Source of the DNA: an uncultured Candidatus Rokubacteria bacterium
GTDB lineage: Bacteria > Methylomirabilota > Methylomirabilia > Rokubacteriales > DASRDR01
Direction of reading: 5' to 3'
DNA length: 64,000 nucleotides
NCBI GenBank assembly: GCA_963708025.1
Contig: CAVPSB010000018.1
Coordinates: 192,001 to 256,000, forward strand
Position 1 is the stretch's first letter, and every line of letters begins with the position of its first letter. Of this stretch, positions 28,231 through 36,830 are shown in pieces. The position numbers and the translations under genes are program-made. The notes beneath the pieces are model-generated. The model was not told the DNA's origin. It saw nothing but the letters and a program-made list of their open reading frames with translations, and searched no databases.

Positions 28231-29112
28231 TTACGTGGGACGTTCGGAGGCCGGGCGGCCGCGGCTGACGAGGGCGCGGGCGCTCGGGAAGAGGCGGAAG
28301 AGGGTTTCGTGGGGTGTCGTTTCCAGGAACGGCTCGACGAGCCGCTTCGTGTAGGCCGGGCTCCCCGCGAAGCGCACCTCGCCGGACGCGATCAGCGTGC
28401 CGTCGCCGGTCAGGAGGAGACCCTGAGCGCGAAGGTACCGGCCGCGCCGATCATCGTCCGGCCGAACGCCGGCCCGGTCGCCGATGACGAGGAGGGGCGC
28501 GAAGGGGAGCGGTCGCACGACCGTGACGGTGACCTCGGTGGTGACACCGCACTCCTGCTGCGCCAGCGCGCCGAGCCACCAGCCGAGCTCGTCGAGGGCG
28601 ATCGTGACCAGGGCGGGGTGCAGCGAGCCGTCGGCGGCGCGATAGGTGTCGCGGGGCGTGTACTCGCGCCAGAGAAACCGGTCATCGAAGGCGAACCGGA
28701 TCCCGAGGCCCAGGGCGTTGTCGGTGCCACAGGCCAGGCAGGTTGCGGTCGCCGGGACTTCAGCCAGCGGTTGCCTGCCCCGCCAGGCGTCGAGGATCGG
28801 CCGGGGGTCGATGGCAAGGACTGGCCCGCGCGCCAGCTCCGCCGCCGCCAGCCGGCGGTCTCCCTGGGCGAGCGCGAGCTGGGCCACGCTGCCGGCGCTC
28901 CCCGTCGTCAGCTGGAGCGGCGTCTCGGTGGGGACGCCGCGGAGCAGCTCCATGCGGAGCCGGACCGGCGGGCTCGGTGTGGTCACGCGGTAGAAGAGCC
29001 CAGCCACGGCACCCCCGTGGACCGTGCCGGGAAAGCCGTGGAAGTCGCGCGCGAACGTGACCTCGCCGAGCCCGGCGCCGGCGAGGGCCTCACGCAGCGC
29101 CGCTTCGATCAT
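28231..29112 (-). CDS. Double hot-dog fold (thioesterase-like) protein
   Basis: FHGFPGTVHGGAVA in the first domain; CLACG..NALGLG and ALDELGWW in a second PaaI-like domain. Confidence 0.7.
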   Translation of the reverse strand: MIEAALREALAGAGLGEVTFARDFHGFPGTVHGGAVAGLFYRVTTPSPPVRLRMELLRGVPTETPLQLTTGSAGSVAQLALAQGDRRLAAAELARGPVLAIDPRPILDAWRGRQPLAEVPATATCLACGTDNALGLGIRFAFDDRFLWREYTPRDTYRAADGSLHPALVTIALDELGWWLGALAQQECGVTTEVTVTVVRPLPFAPLLVIGDRAGVRPDDDRRGRYLRAQGLLLTGDGTLIASGEVRFAGSPAYTKRLVEPFLETTPHETLFRLFPSARALVSRGRPASERPT

Positions 29113-29174
29113 CGGGGGGCCGGCGCCACTAGAGTCTTTGCGCCAGAGCGGCGACAGATGAGTCAAGATCTCGG

Positions 29175-29394
29175 GGGCGGGGCCGAGGAGCGAGCAGCGC
29201 CCACAGGCCGAAGGCCGTCCAATGGACGCAGGGAGTCGCCGACCGGAGGCGTACTCCGAGTACGCCGAGGATCGGCGACGACCCCAACGGCCGAAGGCCG
29301 TCCGAACGACGACCGTAGGTCGGGACGGACGCGAGGCCGTAGGCCGAGCGCGTCACGACCGAGATGAACGTTGCGACGCTCATCGGCCCCGCCC
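29175..29394 (-). repeat. Structured repeat family A, copy 1 (long form)
   Basis: 12-bp terminal IR GGGCGGGGCCGA/TCGGCCCCGCCC; core GCGTAC-tccga-GTACGC; near-identical inverted copy at 33085-33315. Confidence 0.9.
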
Positions 29395-29395
29395 G

Positions 29396-29512
29396 CTAGG
29401 GGTCGGAGCAGTCGCGCGTATAGCCGCAGTGCGGGCACACGAGCTTGCACTTGATCTCCCGCATCACGGTCCCGCAGACCCAGCAGATGTGCGCCTCGGC
29501 CGGCGCCGCCAT
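29396..29512 (-). CDS. 38-aa Cys-rich zinc-finger microprotein
   Basis: MAAPAEAHICWVCGTVMREIKCKLVCPHCGYTRDCSDP with a strong GGAGGGAGG RBS; CxxC and CPxCG motifs. Confidence 0.85.
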   Translation of the reverse strand: MAAPAEAHICWVCGTVMREIKCKLVCPHCGYTRDCSDP

Positions 29513-29548
29513 GGCGATCCTCCCTCCCTCGGGGCTATAGTATGATCG

Positions 29549-30127
29549 ATGCGCGCCCCGGTTCAACTGGTGTGCGCCCTGCTCGGCGCTTGGGCCCTGT
29601 CGGCGGCCGGGTGTGCGCGGGTGACGCTCGATACGGTCCAGACCGACGTCGCCGCGGGGCACGGCCACCTGATTCGGACGGTGCCCTTCATCCCCCAGGA
29701 GGCGTACCAGTGCGGTCCCGCTGCGCTGGCGATGGTTCTCCAGTACTACGGCTCCCTGATCGGGGCGGACGAGATCGCCCGGGAGCTGTACCTGCCGTCG
29801 ATCCGGGGCACGCTGAACCTGGACATCGAGTTCTTCGCCCGCCGGCGCGGCTTTCAGGCCCGGTCGTTCGCCGGGACGCTCGAGCAGGCCAGGGCCGAGC
29901 TGCGCCGCGACCGACCGCTCATCGTCTTCCAGGACCTCGGGCTCCCGGGGTATCCGGTGCCCCACTTCGCGGTGCTCGTCGGCTACGACGACCGCGCCCG
30001 GGCCGTCGTCCTCCACTCGGGGACGACGGCGTATCGAACGCTCTCCTACCCTGACTTCGAGCGGAGCTGGGCCCGCCGCCGCGCCTGGACCCTCCTGATC
30101 ACCCCACCGGACTCTCCAGCCTCGTGA
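29549..30127 (+). CDS. C39-like cysteine peptidase lipoprotein
   Basis: Lipobox SAAG-C; QEAYQCGPAALAMVL (catalytic Cys); PHFAVLVGYD (His). Confidence 0.85.
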   Translation: MRAPVQLVCALLGAWALSAAGCARVTLDTVQTDVAAGHGHLIRTVPFIPQEAYQCGPAALAMVLQYYGSLIGADEIARELYLPSIRGTLNLDIEFFARRRGFQARSFAGTLEQARAELRRDRPLIVFQDLGLPGYPVPHFAVLVGYDDRARAVVLHSGTTAYRTLSYPDFERSWARRRAWTLLITPPDSPAS

Positions 30128-30273
30128 CCGATCGCGCCGATATTCCAAGCGTTTTTAGTCATCAAGCTCGCCTCGCACGATCCGCGCGGCAGGCCCCGGC
30201 ACCTCGCTGACGGTCCTCGTTCAGGCAGGGGGTCGGCCCGACCTGTCAGGAGGGTGCGGCCCGGCCGCGCCGC

Positions 30274-30302
30274 TTGACCGGTGCCGACATCGGGCGTAGC
30301 GT
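30274..30302 (+). promoter_or_regulatory. Sigma70-type promoter of the hybrid kinase
   Basis: TTGACC-17 nt-TAGCGT. Confidence 0.5.
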
Positions 30303-30367
30303 GAGGGGGCCATCCCCCAGGTGGGGTGGCATCATTGTCTTCGCCTCGACGCACGTCGGGAGGGTGG

Positions 30368-33100
30368 ATGGCCAAGGCCCGGCTCGTCAGCGCGGCGCCG
30401 TCCGGTGCTCAACGGTGGTCCGGCGCGCCGGTCCTCCGCGAGGTGGGCTTCGACGTGATCGAGGTGGCATCCGCCGCCGAGGCGCTGCGGCTGGCCGCCG
30501 AGCAGCCCGAACTGATCCTGCTGGACGTCAGCCTCCCCGATCTCGACGGGATCGAGGTCGCGCGGCGCCTCAAGGCCGATTCCCGAACGGCCTCCATCCC
30601 GTTGCTGCTGCTGGCCGGCCCGGAGGCCGCGCACGCCACCCGGGCCCGCGCGCTCGAGGCGGGCGCCGACGGGTACCTCGCGCAGCCGGTCGCCGCCGCC
30701 GAGCTGCGGGCGGCCGTCGAGGGGCTTCTCCGTGTCCACCGGACCGAGGTCGAGCTGCGACGCAGCGAGGCGCGCTTCCAGAGCCTGGTCACCGAGGCCA
30801 GGCGCCAGGAGGCGGAGCGGACGGCCGCGCTCGCCCGCGAGCAGGCCGCACGCGCCGAGGCCGAGGCGGGCCAGGACCGCCTGGCGTTCCTGGCGGCGGC
30901 CAGCGAGATCCTGGCGTCGTCGCTCGAGTACCAGACCACCCTCGCGCGGGTCGCGCGGCTGGCGGTGCCCATTCTCGCCGACTGGTGCATCGTGCACCTC
31001 CTCGAGGAGGACGGCGCGCTGCGGGCCCTGGCGGCGGCCCACGCGGATCCGGCGAAGGCCGACCGGGCGTGGCAGCTCTGGCGGCGTCACCACGCCGAGC
31101 TGGGCGACAGCCACGGGCCGGCCCGGGTCCTCCACACCGGCGAGTCCGAGCTGTTCCCGGAGATCCCCGACGCGCTGCTCGCCGATGTCACCCGCGACGC
31201 CCGGCGCTTCGATGCGCTCAAGCTCCTCGGGCTGACCTCCTACATGTGCGTCCCGCTCCAGGCCCGCGGCCAGACCCTGGGGACCATGACCTTCGTCACC
31301 GCGGAATCCCGGCGCCGCTACCGGACCGTGGATCTCGCGCTGGCCCAGGACCTGGCCCGCCAGGCGGCGGTGGCGATCGACAACGCCCGGCTCTACCGCG
31401 ATGCGCAGGCGGCCACCCAGCTCGAGCGGGAGCGGACCGTCCAGCTCCGGCGCCTGGCCGAGGCCTACGTCGCCATCGGCTCCGCCGGGCGGCTCGACGC
31501 CATCGTGCGGGCGACGACCGAGCAGGCCCGCGCGATCATCGGGGCCCACCAGGCCGTGGGGGTGCTGCTCCCCGAGGGCACGGCGGCGGCGGGGATCACC
31601 GCCGTGTCGGTCTCGGACCGGGACGCGGGCCGGCGCGACGAGCGGGTCGGGGCGGACCCGCGGCTGGTGGCGCTGGTCCGCGAGGAGAATCGCCCGCTGC
31701 GCCTGACGGGGGCCGAGCTGGCCGGGCACCCGGCCTGGGCGAGCGCGCCGCCCGGCCCGGCCGGCGGGCTCGCCCTCGCGGGGTGCCTGGCCGCTCCGCT
31801 CCTCGGACGCGACGGGCGCACCGTCGGCGTGGTGCAGCTCTCCGAGCGCATCGAGGGCGAGTTCACCGAGCACGACGAGGCGATCCTGGTCCAGCTCGTG
31901 CAGGCCGCGTCGGTCGCGATCGACAACCTCCAGCTCTACCGGGAGACGGAGGCGGCGAGCCGCGCCAAGGACGAGTTCATCGCCACCCTCTCGCACGAGC
32001 TCCGCACCCCGCTCAACGCGATCGTCGGCTGGACCCAGGTGCTGCGCAGCCGTCTTCCCGCGACCGGCTCGTCCGGCCGCGCCCTGGAGTCGATCGAGCG
32101 GAATGCCCGGCTCCAGGCGCACCTCGTCGACGAGCTGCTCGACGTCGCCCGGATCATCACCGGCAAGCTCCACGTGGAGATCCGGCCGGTGGACCTGGGC
32201 CCGGTGGTGGAAGCGGCGGTGGACGCCAACCGCGCCAGCGCCGAGGCCCGGGGCGTTCGGCTCGACGTCCGGCCGGGGGCCGGGGGCCCACGCGTCATGG
32301 GCGATCCCTTTCGCCTCCAGCAGGTGGTCTCGAACCTGCTGTCGAACGCGGTCAAGTTCACCCTGGCTGGTGGCCGGGTGGACGTGCGGGTGGAGACCGG
32401 GGAGCACCACGTCGAGGTGCGGGTGCGCGACACCGGGCGCGGGATTCGCCCGGACTTCCTGCCGTACGTCTTCGAGCGGTTCCGCCAGGCGGAGAGCCGG
32501 GTCGCCGGCGAGAGCGGCCTCGGTCTCGGGCTCGCGCTCGTTCGTCGCCTCGTCGGGCTGCACGGGGGCAGCGTGCGGGCCGAGAGCGCCGGCGAGGGAC
32601 ACGGGGCCACCTTCACGGTGACGCTGCCGCTCGCGCCGACGGAGACCCCGGCCGACGCGCCCCGCGTCCCGTCCCAGCCGGCCGGGCTGGCGTCCCCGGT
32701 GGGAATGTTGCGCGGCATGCGGGTGCTGGTCGTGGACGACGATGCCGACACGCGGGGATGGCTGACCGCGGTGCTCGAGGACGGGGGGGCGGCGGTGACG
32801 GCGGTGGGGTCCACGCAGGAGGCGCTGTCGGCGCTCGAACAGCGGCCACCCCACGTGCTCATCGCCGACATCGCCATGCCGGACGAGGACGGGTACGCGC
32901 TCATTCGGAAAGTGCGGGCGATCCCGGCCGAGCGCGGCGGCCGGGTGCCGGCCCTCGCGCTGACGGCCTATGCCGGCGCCGAGGATCGGGAGCGGATCAT
33001 GTCGGCCGGCTTCGAGCAGCACGTGCCGAAGCCGGCGCAGCCGGCCGAGCTGATCGCGCTGATCGCCACGCTGGCCCGCCAGGCGGGGCGGGGCCGATGA
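30368..33100 (+). CDS. Cytoplasmic hybrid sensor histidine kinase (REC-GAF-GAF-HisKA-HATPase-REC)
   Basis: LSHELRTPL, NLLSNAVKFT, DTGRGI, GLGLGL; C-terminal VLVVDD..ADIAMPDEDG..KP. GGGAGG RBS before ATG 30368. Confidence 0.92.
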   Translation: MAKARLVSAAPSGAQRWSGAPVLREVGFDVIEVASAAEALRLAAEQPELILLDVSLPDLDGIEVARRLKADSRTASIPLLLLAGPEAAHATRARALEAGADGYLAQPVAAAELRAAVEGLLRVHRTEVELRRSEARFQSLVTEARRQEAERTAALAREQAARAEAEAGQDRLAFLAAASEILASSLEYQTTLARVARLAVPILADWCIVHLLEEDGALRALAAAHADPAKADRAWQLWRRHHAELGDSHGPARVLHTGESELFPEIPDALLADVTRDARRFDALKLLGLTSYMCVPLQARGQTLGTMTFVTAESRRRYRTVDLALAQDLARQAAVAIDNARLYRDAQAATQLERERTVQLRRLAEAYVAIGSAGRLDAIVRATTEQARAIIGAHQAVGVLLPEGTAAAGITAVSVSDRDAGRRDERVGADPRLVALVREENRPLRLTGAELAGHPAWASAPPGPAGGLALAGCLAAPLLGRDGRTVGVVQLSERIEGEFTEHDEAILVQLVQAASVAIDNLQLYRETEAASRAKDEFIATLSHELRTPLNAIVGWTQVLRSRLPATGSSGRALESIERNARLQAHLVDELLDVARIITGKLHVEIRPVDLGPVVEAAVDANRASAEARGVRLDVRPGAGGPRVMGDPFRLQQVVSNLLSNAVKFTLAGGRVDVRVETGEHHVEVRVRDTGRGIRPDFLPYVFERFRQAESRVAGESGLGLGLALVRRLVGLHGGSVRAESAGEGHGATFTVTLPLAPTETPADAPRVPSQPAGLASPVGMLRGMRVLVVDDDADTRGWLTAVLEDGGAAVTAVGSTQEALSALEQRPPHVLIADIAMPDEDGYALIRKVRAIPAERGGRVPALALTAYAGAEDRERIMSAGFEQHVPKPAQPAELIALIATLARQAGRGR

Positions 33101-33315
33101 GCGTCGCAACGTTCATCTCGGTCGTGACGCGCTCGGCCTACGTCGGGGCGGCCTCGGCGTCCGTCCCGACCTACGGTCGTCGTTCGGACGGCCTTCGGCC
33201 TTTGGGGTCGTCGCCGATCCTCGGCGTACTCGGAGTACGCCTGCGGTCGGCTCCTCCCTGTGTCGATCGGACAGCCTCCGGCCTTTGGGCGCTGCTCGCT
33301 CCTCGACCCCGCCCC
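33085..33315 (+). repeat. Structured repeat family A, copy 2 (long form); supplies the kinase stop codon
   Basis: Reverse-complement match to 29175-29394; TGA 33098-33100 lies inside the element. Confidence 0.9.
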
Positions 33316-33371
33316 CACGAACGTGACTCGTCTGCCATGGCCTTGGAGCTCCAAGGAGCCTAGCGGAGTAG

Positions 33372-34547
33372 ATCGCGACGACGGGTCGGATCCTGAGCCC
33401 GGCGTTCCTGGAGGCCGCCCTCGGGAACTTCCTCTTCTTCACCGCGCTGTCGGCGTTCTTCCTCCTGCCGCTCCACCTCAAGCAGCTCGGCGCCACCGAC
33501 GGCCAGCTCGGGCTGATCATGGGGCTCTACAGCGGGATCGCCATCTTCGCCCAGCCGGTGGTGGGGGTGTGGGTCAACCGCGTGGGCCGCCGCCCGTTCA
33601 TGCTCGGGGGCGCCGCGCTGGCCGCGGTCGCCGCGCTCGCCTTCGCGCTGGCGCCCACCGCGCTCTGGCTCTTTCCCCTGCTGCGCATCCTCCAGGGCCT
33701 CGCCTTCTCTCTCTTCTTCATCGCCAACTTCACCCTGGTCATCGACCTGGTGCCGGCCCAGCGGCGCGGCCAGGCCCTCGGCATCTTCGGCATCTCGGGG
33801 CTCACGTCGACGGCGGTCGGCCCGGCGCTGGGCGAGGTGGTCGTCCGGGCATTCGGCTTCCGCGTGTTCTTCGCGGCGGCGGGCGCCGTCAGCCTGGCCG
33901 CGCTCGCGGTGGCGGCGCGTGTCGGCGAGCCTTCGAGCGGGCGCCCGGCCACCACCACCGGGCTGACCGGGCTGCTGCACGCGGTGCTCACCGCGCCGCG
34001 GCTGCCCATGACGCTGGCATTCGCCTTCGGTCTCGGGCTGGGCGTCGTCTTCACCTTCCTGCCGATCTATGCCGCGACGGTGGGCGTCGGGCGCATCGGG
34101 CTCTTCGCGGTCGCCTACTCCGCGGGCGCGCTCGTCGTGCGGACGGCCGGGGGCCAGCTCATCGACCGCGTGGGCCGGCGCCCGGTGATCATCCCGGCGC
34201 TGGGCCTTCAGGCCGCCGGCGCTGTTCTCCTCGCCGGCCTCGGGCCCCTGGTGGGCCGGTCGGGATGGCCGGTGGCCCCGCTCCTCGGGGTCGTCGGGCT
34301 CCTGGCCGGCTCCGCTCACGGGTTTCTCTACCCGGCGCTCACCGCGCTGGTGATGGATCTCACCCCCGAGGACCGGCGAGGGCGGGTGATCGGCGTGTTC
34401 GGCGCCTACATCCTCGCCGGCAACGCCGCCGGCGCGATGGCCTTCGGGTACCTCGCCCACGCCGTCGGCTACCCCGCCATGTTCGGGGTCCTGGCGGTCG
34501 GGCTCGCGGGTGCCTGCGCCCTGGCGTTGCGACTGCCGCCTGACTAG
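33372..34547 (+). CDS. MFS transporter (start codon non-canonical or uncertain)
   Basis: Motif A repeats (NRVGRR, DRVGRR) and a multi-TM pattern. The frame is open from 33372 and encodes TM1, but the first ATG is at 33519. Confidence 0.85.
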   Translation: MATTGRILSPAFLEAALGNFLFFTALSAFFLLPLHLKQLGATDGQLGLIMGLYSGIAIFAQPVVGVWVNRVGRRPFMLGGAALAAVAALAFALAPTALWLFPLLRILQGLAFSLFFIANFTLVIDLVPAQRRGQALGIFGISGLTSTAVGPALGEVVVRAFGFRVFFAAAGAVSLAALAVAARVGEPSSGRPATTTGLTGLLHAVLTAPRLPMTLAFAFGLGLGVVFTFLPIYAATVGVGRIGLFAVAYSAGALVVRTAGGQLIDRVGRRPVIIPALGLQAAGAVLLAGLGPLVGRSGWPVAPLLGVVGLLAGSAHGFLYPALTALVMDLTPEDRRGRVIGVFGAYILAGNAAGAMAFGYLAHAVGYPAMFGVLAVGLAGACALALRLPPD

Positions 34548-34624
34548 GAAGCCCGGGATCGACTGTGTATACTGGCCGCGCGCGGACCACGCCGGTGGGG
34601 CGGAATGGCGGGAAGGAGTCACCC

Positions 34625-35155
34625 ATGCGGAGCGACCGGGTAGGCAGTCTCGGATTGCTGCTGCTGATCGCCCTGGCCGGGATCGGCGCGAAGGGAACGG
34701 CCGAGAAGCCAGTGGCGGCCGCCGGTGGTCCTCAGGAAGCCGAGGTCACCGGGGTTCTGGTCGATCCCCAGACCCGGCAGCCGCTGGTAGTCCTGCAATC
34801 CAAGCGCGACAAGCGGACGCTGATCCTGACCATCGGGCATTTCGAGGCGAACGGGATCGCCATCCCGCTCCAGGGGGTCACGCCGCCCCGGCCGCTGACC
34901 CACGACCTGATCCTGAACCTGCTCGCCGATCTCAAGGCGTCCCTCGCGCGGATCGTGATCACCGATCTCAAGAACGACGTCTACTACGCGGTGCTCCACC
35001 TCGACGTCGGGGGCGTCGCGCGAACACTCGACTCGCGGCCCTCGGACGCCATCGCCCTCGCCCTCCGCGCCAAGGTGCCGATCCTGGTCGAGGAACGCGT
35101 TTTCGAGAAGGCGGAGCGATCGATGCCGAAGCCGGCGCCGTCCCCTCACTTCTGA
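34625..35155 (+). CDS. Bifunctional nuclease family (DUF151) protein with an N-terminal signal-like segment
   Basis: IGHFEANGIA, RPLTHDL, YYAVLHL, DSRPSDAIALALR; AAGGAG RBS. Confidence 0.9.
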   Translation: MRSDRVGSLGLLLLIALAGIGAKGTAEKPVAAAGGPQEAEVTGVLVDPQTRQPLVVLQSKRDKRTLILTIGHFEANGIAIPLQGVTPPRPLTHDLILNLLADLKASLARIVITDLKNDVYYAVLHLDVGGVARTLDSRPSDAIALALRAKVPILVEERVFEKAERSMPKPAPSPHF

Positions 35156-35159
35156 ATCC

Positions 35160-36113
35160 TTGGCGGACGCACGACTCGGCTCGGCCCTTCCCTCGCTCGA
35201 GTGGGCAGTCCAGCGTCGCCTCGACGACCTCATCGCCAAGCTAGAGGTGAAGTTCGGCGATCTGCGCGGCCGGATCGAGGTGGCGCCGCGGCCCGCCGTC
35301 ACTTTCGACCTGATCGGGGGGGCCGATCACGCGAAAGGCGGGATCAGCAGCCTCTCCTACGCCCTCCGGATGCCGGAGCTGTACGAGCGCTGGGGGATCA
35401 GCCCGCCGCGGGGGGCCCTCCTCTACGGCCCACCCGGCAACGGCAAGACGCTCCTGGCCAGGGCGCTGGCCACCCTGTCGGAGGCCCTCTTCTATCACGT
35501 GCGGCTCCAGACCCTCACCTCGAAGGTCGGGCCCAACTCCGCCGAGGTGATCAAGGAGGTGTTCCAGCTCGCGAGGTCGGAAGGGAAGGGCGTCATCTTC
35601 CTGGACGACGCCGACGCGCTGTCGCTCGAGCACCTGCTGCCGCCCGACCGGGCCCGCGAGGCGGCCGGGCCGCTGATCAGCGGCCTCTGCGAGCTGCTCG
35701 ACGGGCTCCGGGCCTCGCCGAGCTTGCTGGTGCTGGCCTCGACCAGCCGGCCCGACGGCGTCGAGTCACCGCTCATCGCGCCGGGACGGCTGGATCACCT
35801 CATCGAGGTGCCGCTGCCCGACGGCCCGGCGCTGCGCGAGATCATCGACATCCGCCGCCGCCGGGCGGAACAGACCGCGGGGCGGACCCTCTTCGAGGCG
35901 CTCGACTACGAGGCGCTGGTCCCGCGGCTGACGGGCATGACCGGCGCCGAGGTCTCCGAGGTGCTGCGCCGGGCCCTGGAGGCCAAGGTCCAGCTCGCCG
36001 GGTCGGGCACCGATCCGGGACTCGTCACCACCGCCAACGTCCTGCGCTCGGTGGACGAATTTCGTCGGATACGCGAGGTGGTGGTCAAGATCCGCTACGG
36101 GCAGTACCTGTAG
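35160..36113 (+). CDS. Single-domain classic-clade AAA+ protein with degenerate catalytic motifs and a C-terminal GQYL motif
   Basis: Walker A GPPGNGKT; Walker B VIFLDD; SRH ASTSRPD..PLIAPGRLD; ends KIRYGQYL*. Confidence 0.88.
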   Translation: MADARLGSALPSLEWAVQRRLDDLIAKLEVKFGDLRGRIEVAPRPAVTFDLIGGADHAKGGISSLSYALRMPELYERWGISPPRGALLYGPPGNGKTLLARALATLSEALFYHVRLQTLTSKVGPNSAEVIKEVFQLARSEGKGVIFLDDADALSLEHLLPPDRAREAAGPLISGLCELLDGLRASPSLLVLASTSRPDGVESPLIAPGRLDHLIEVPLPDGPALREIIDIRRRRAEQTAGRTLFEALDYEALVPRLTGMTGAEVSEVLRRALEAKVQLAGSGTDPGLVTTANVLRSVDEFRRIREVVVKIRYGQYL

Positions 36114-36115
36114 CT

Positions 36116-36241
36116 GGCGCCGTGCCGATGACCTTCGCATCCCGTCGTCCTCGGTCGTCGGCGGGCCTCAACGTATGCGGCATACGCCTCGGCCCGCCTC
36201 CTCCCTGCGTCCTAGGGCTGCTCGGTTTTCGGCCCGGCGCC
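36116..36241 (+). repeat. Structured repeat family A, divergent short copy
   Basis: Shares GTCGTCCTCGGTCGTCG and TCCCTGCGTCCTA with 38862-38985, while the stems differ in sequence yet still pair. Confidence 0.8.
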
Positions 36242-36255
36242 CATTCGTAGCACCC

Positions 36256-36675
36256 GTGGGGGAAGTCACGGTCGGTGAGACGACGGTCCGGGTCCGGTAC
36301 GCGGAGACGGACACCATGGGCGTCGTCTACTACGGCAACTACCTGACCTACTTCGAGGTCGGCCGCGTCGAGTTCCTCCGCCAGAACGGGCTTCCGATGT
36401 CCGAGGTCGACCGGAAGATCCACATGCCCGTGGTGGAGGCGACCGTTCGGTACGTGAAGCCCGCGCGCCTCGACGATCTCTTGCGCATCCGCTGCTGGGT
36501 CGCCGAGCGCAAGCGCGCCTCGTTCCTCTTCCAGTACGACATCCGGCACGCCGAGAGCGGCGAGGTGATCGCCACCGGCCATACCCGGCACGCCTGCTGG
36601 CACCCGGAGAGCCAGCGGATGATCGGCATTCCCGAGTGGCTGGCCGCGCTCCTGGTGCCCACCAGTCCCTCATGA
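36256..36675 (+). CDS. Acyl-CoA thioesterase, YbgC/4HBT family
   Basis: VRVRYAETDTMGVVYYGNYLTYFEVGR, YVKPARLDD. Confidence 0.92.
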   Translation: MGEVTVGETTVRVRYAETDTMGVVYYGNYLTYFEVGRVEFLRQNGLPMSEVDRKIHMPVVEATVRYVKPARLDDLLRIRCWVAERKRASFLFQYDIRHAESGEVIATGHTRHACWHPESQRMIGIPEWLAALLVPTSPS

Positions 36676-36715
36676 GCGTGATCCACGCGCAGGCTCTGAG
36701 AGCGTGTGAAGGAAT

Positions 36716-36813
36716 GGGTCCTCCGACTCCCCCCTCCCCCCGGCCACAGGCCGAAGGCCGTCGAACGGTGGGGGAGGGGGGTTGGGGGTCGGGATGGGGC
36801 GGGAGGTCCCGAA
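36716..36813 (-). repeat. Palindromic repeat family B copy
   Basis: Minus strand begins TTCGGGACCTCCCGCC; a CCCCCTCCCC/GGGGAGGGGG stem holds the GGCCGAAGGCC module in its loop. Confidence 0.8.
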
Positions 36814-36830
36814 CTGAGGAGAGGCGCATC

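Noticed and set aside
29129-29383. Duplicated small ORF MSVATFISVVTRSAY... (also near 33097-33363)
   Set aside because: It is the translation of repeat family A; conservation follows base pairing, not codons.
29175-33315. Composite transposon or invertible segment bounded by inverted family-A copies
   Set aside because: No transposase, recombinase or target duplication is seen; the inversion is explained by each copy following the stop of divergently oriented genes.
35160-36113. Calling the AAA gene arc/mpa, ftsH or cdc48
   Set aside because: It lacks the coiled-coil/OB domains, TM/protease domain and second AAA ring, and its catalytic motifs are degenerate.
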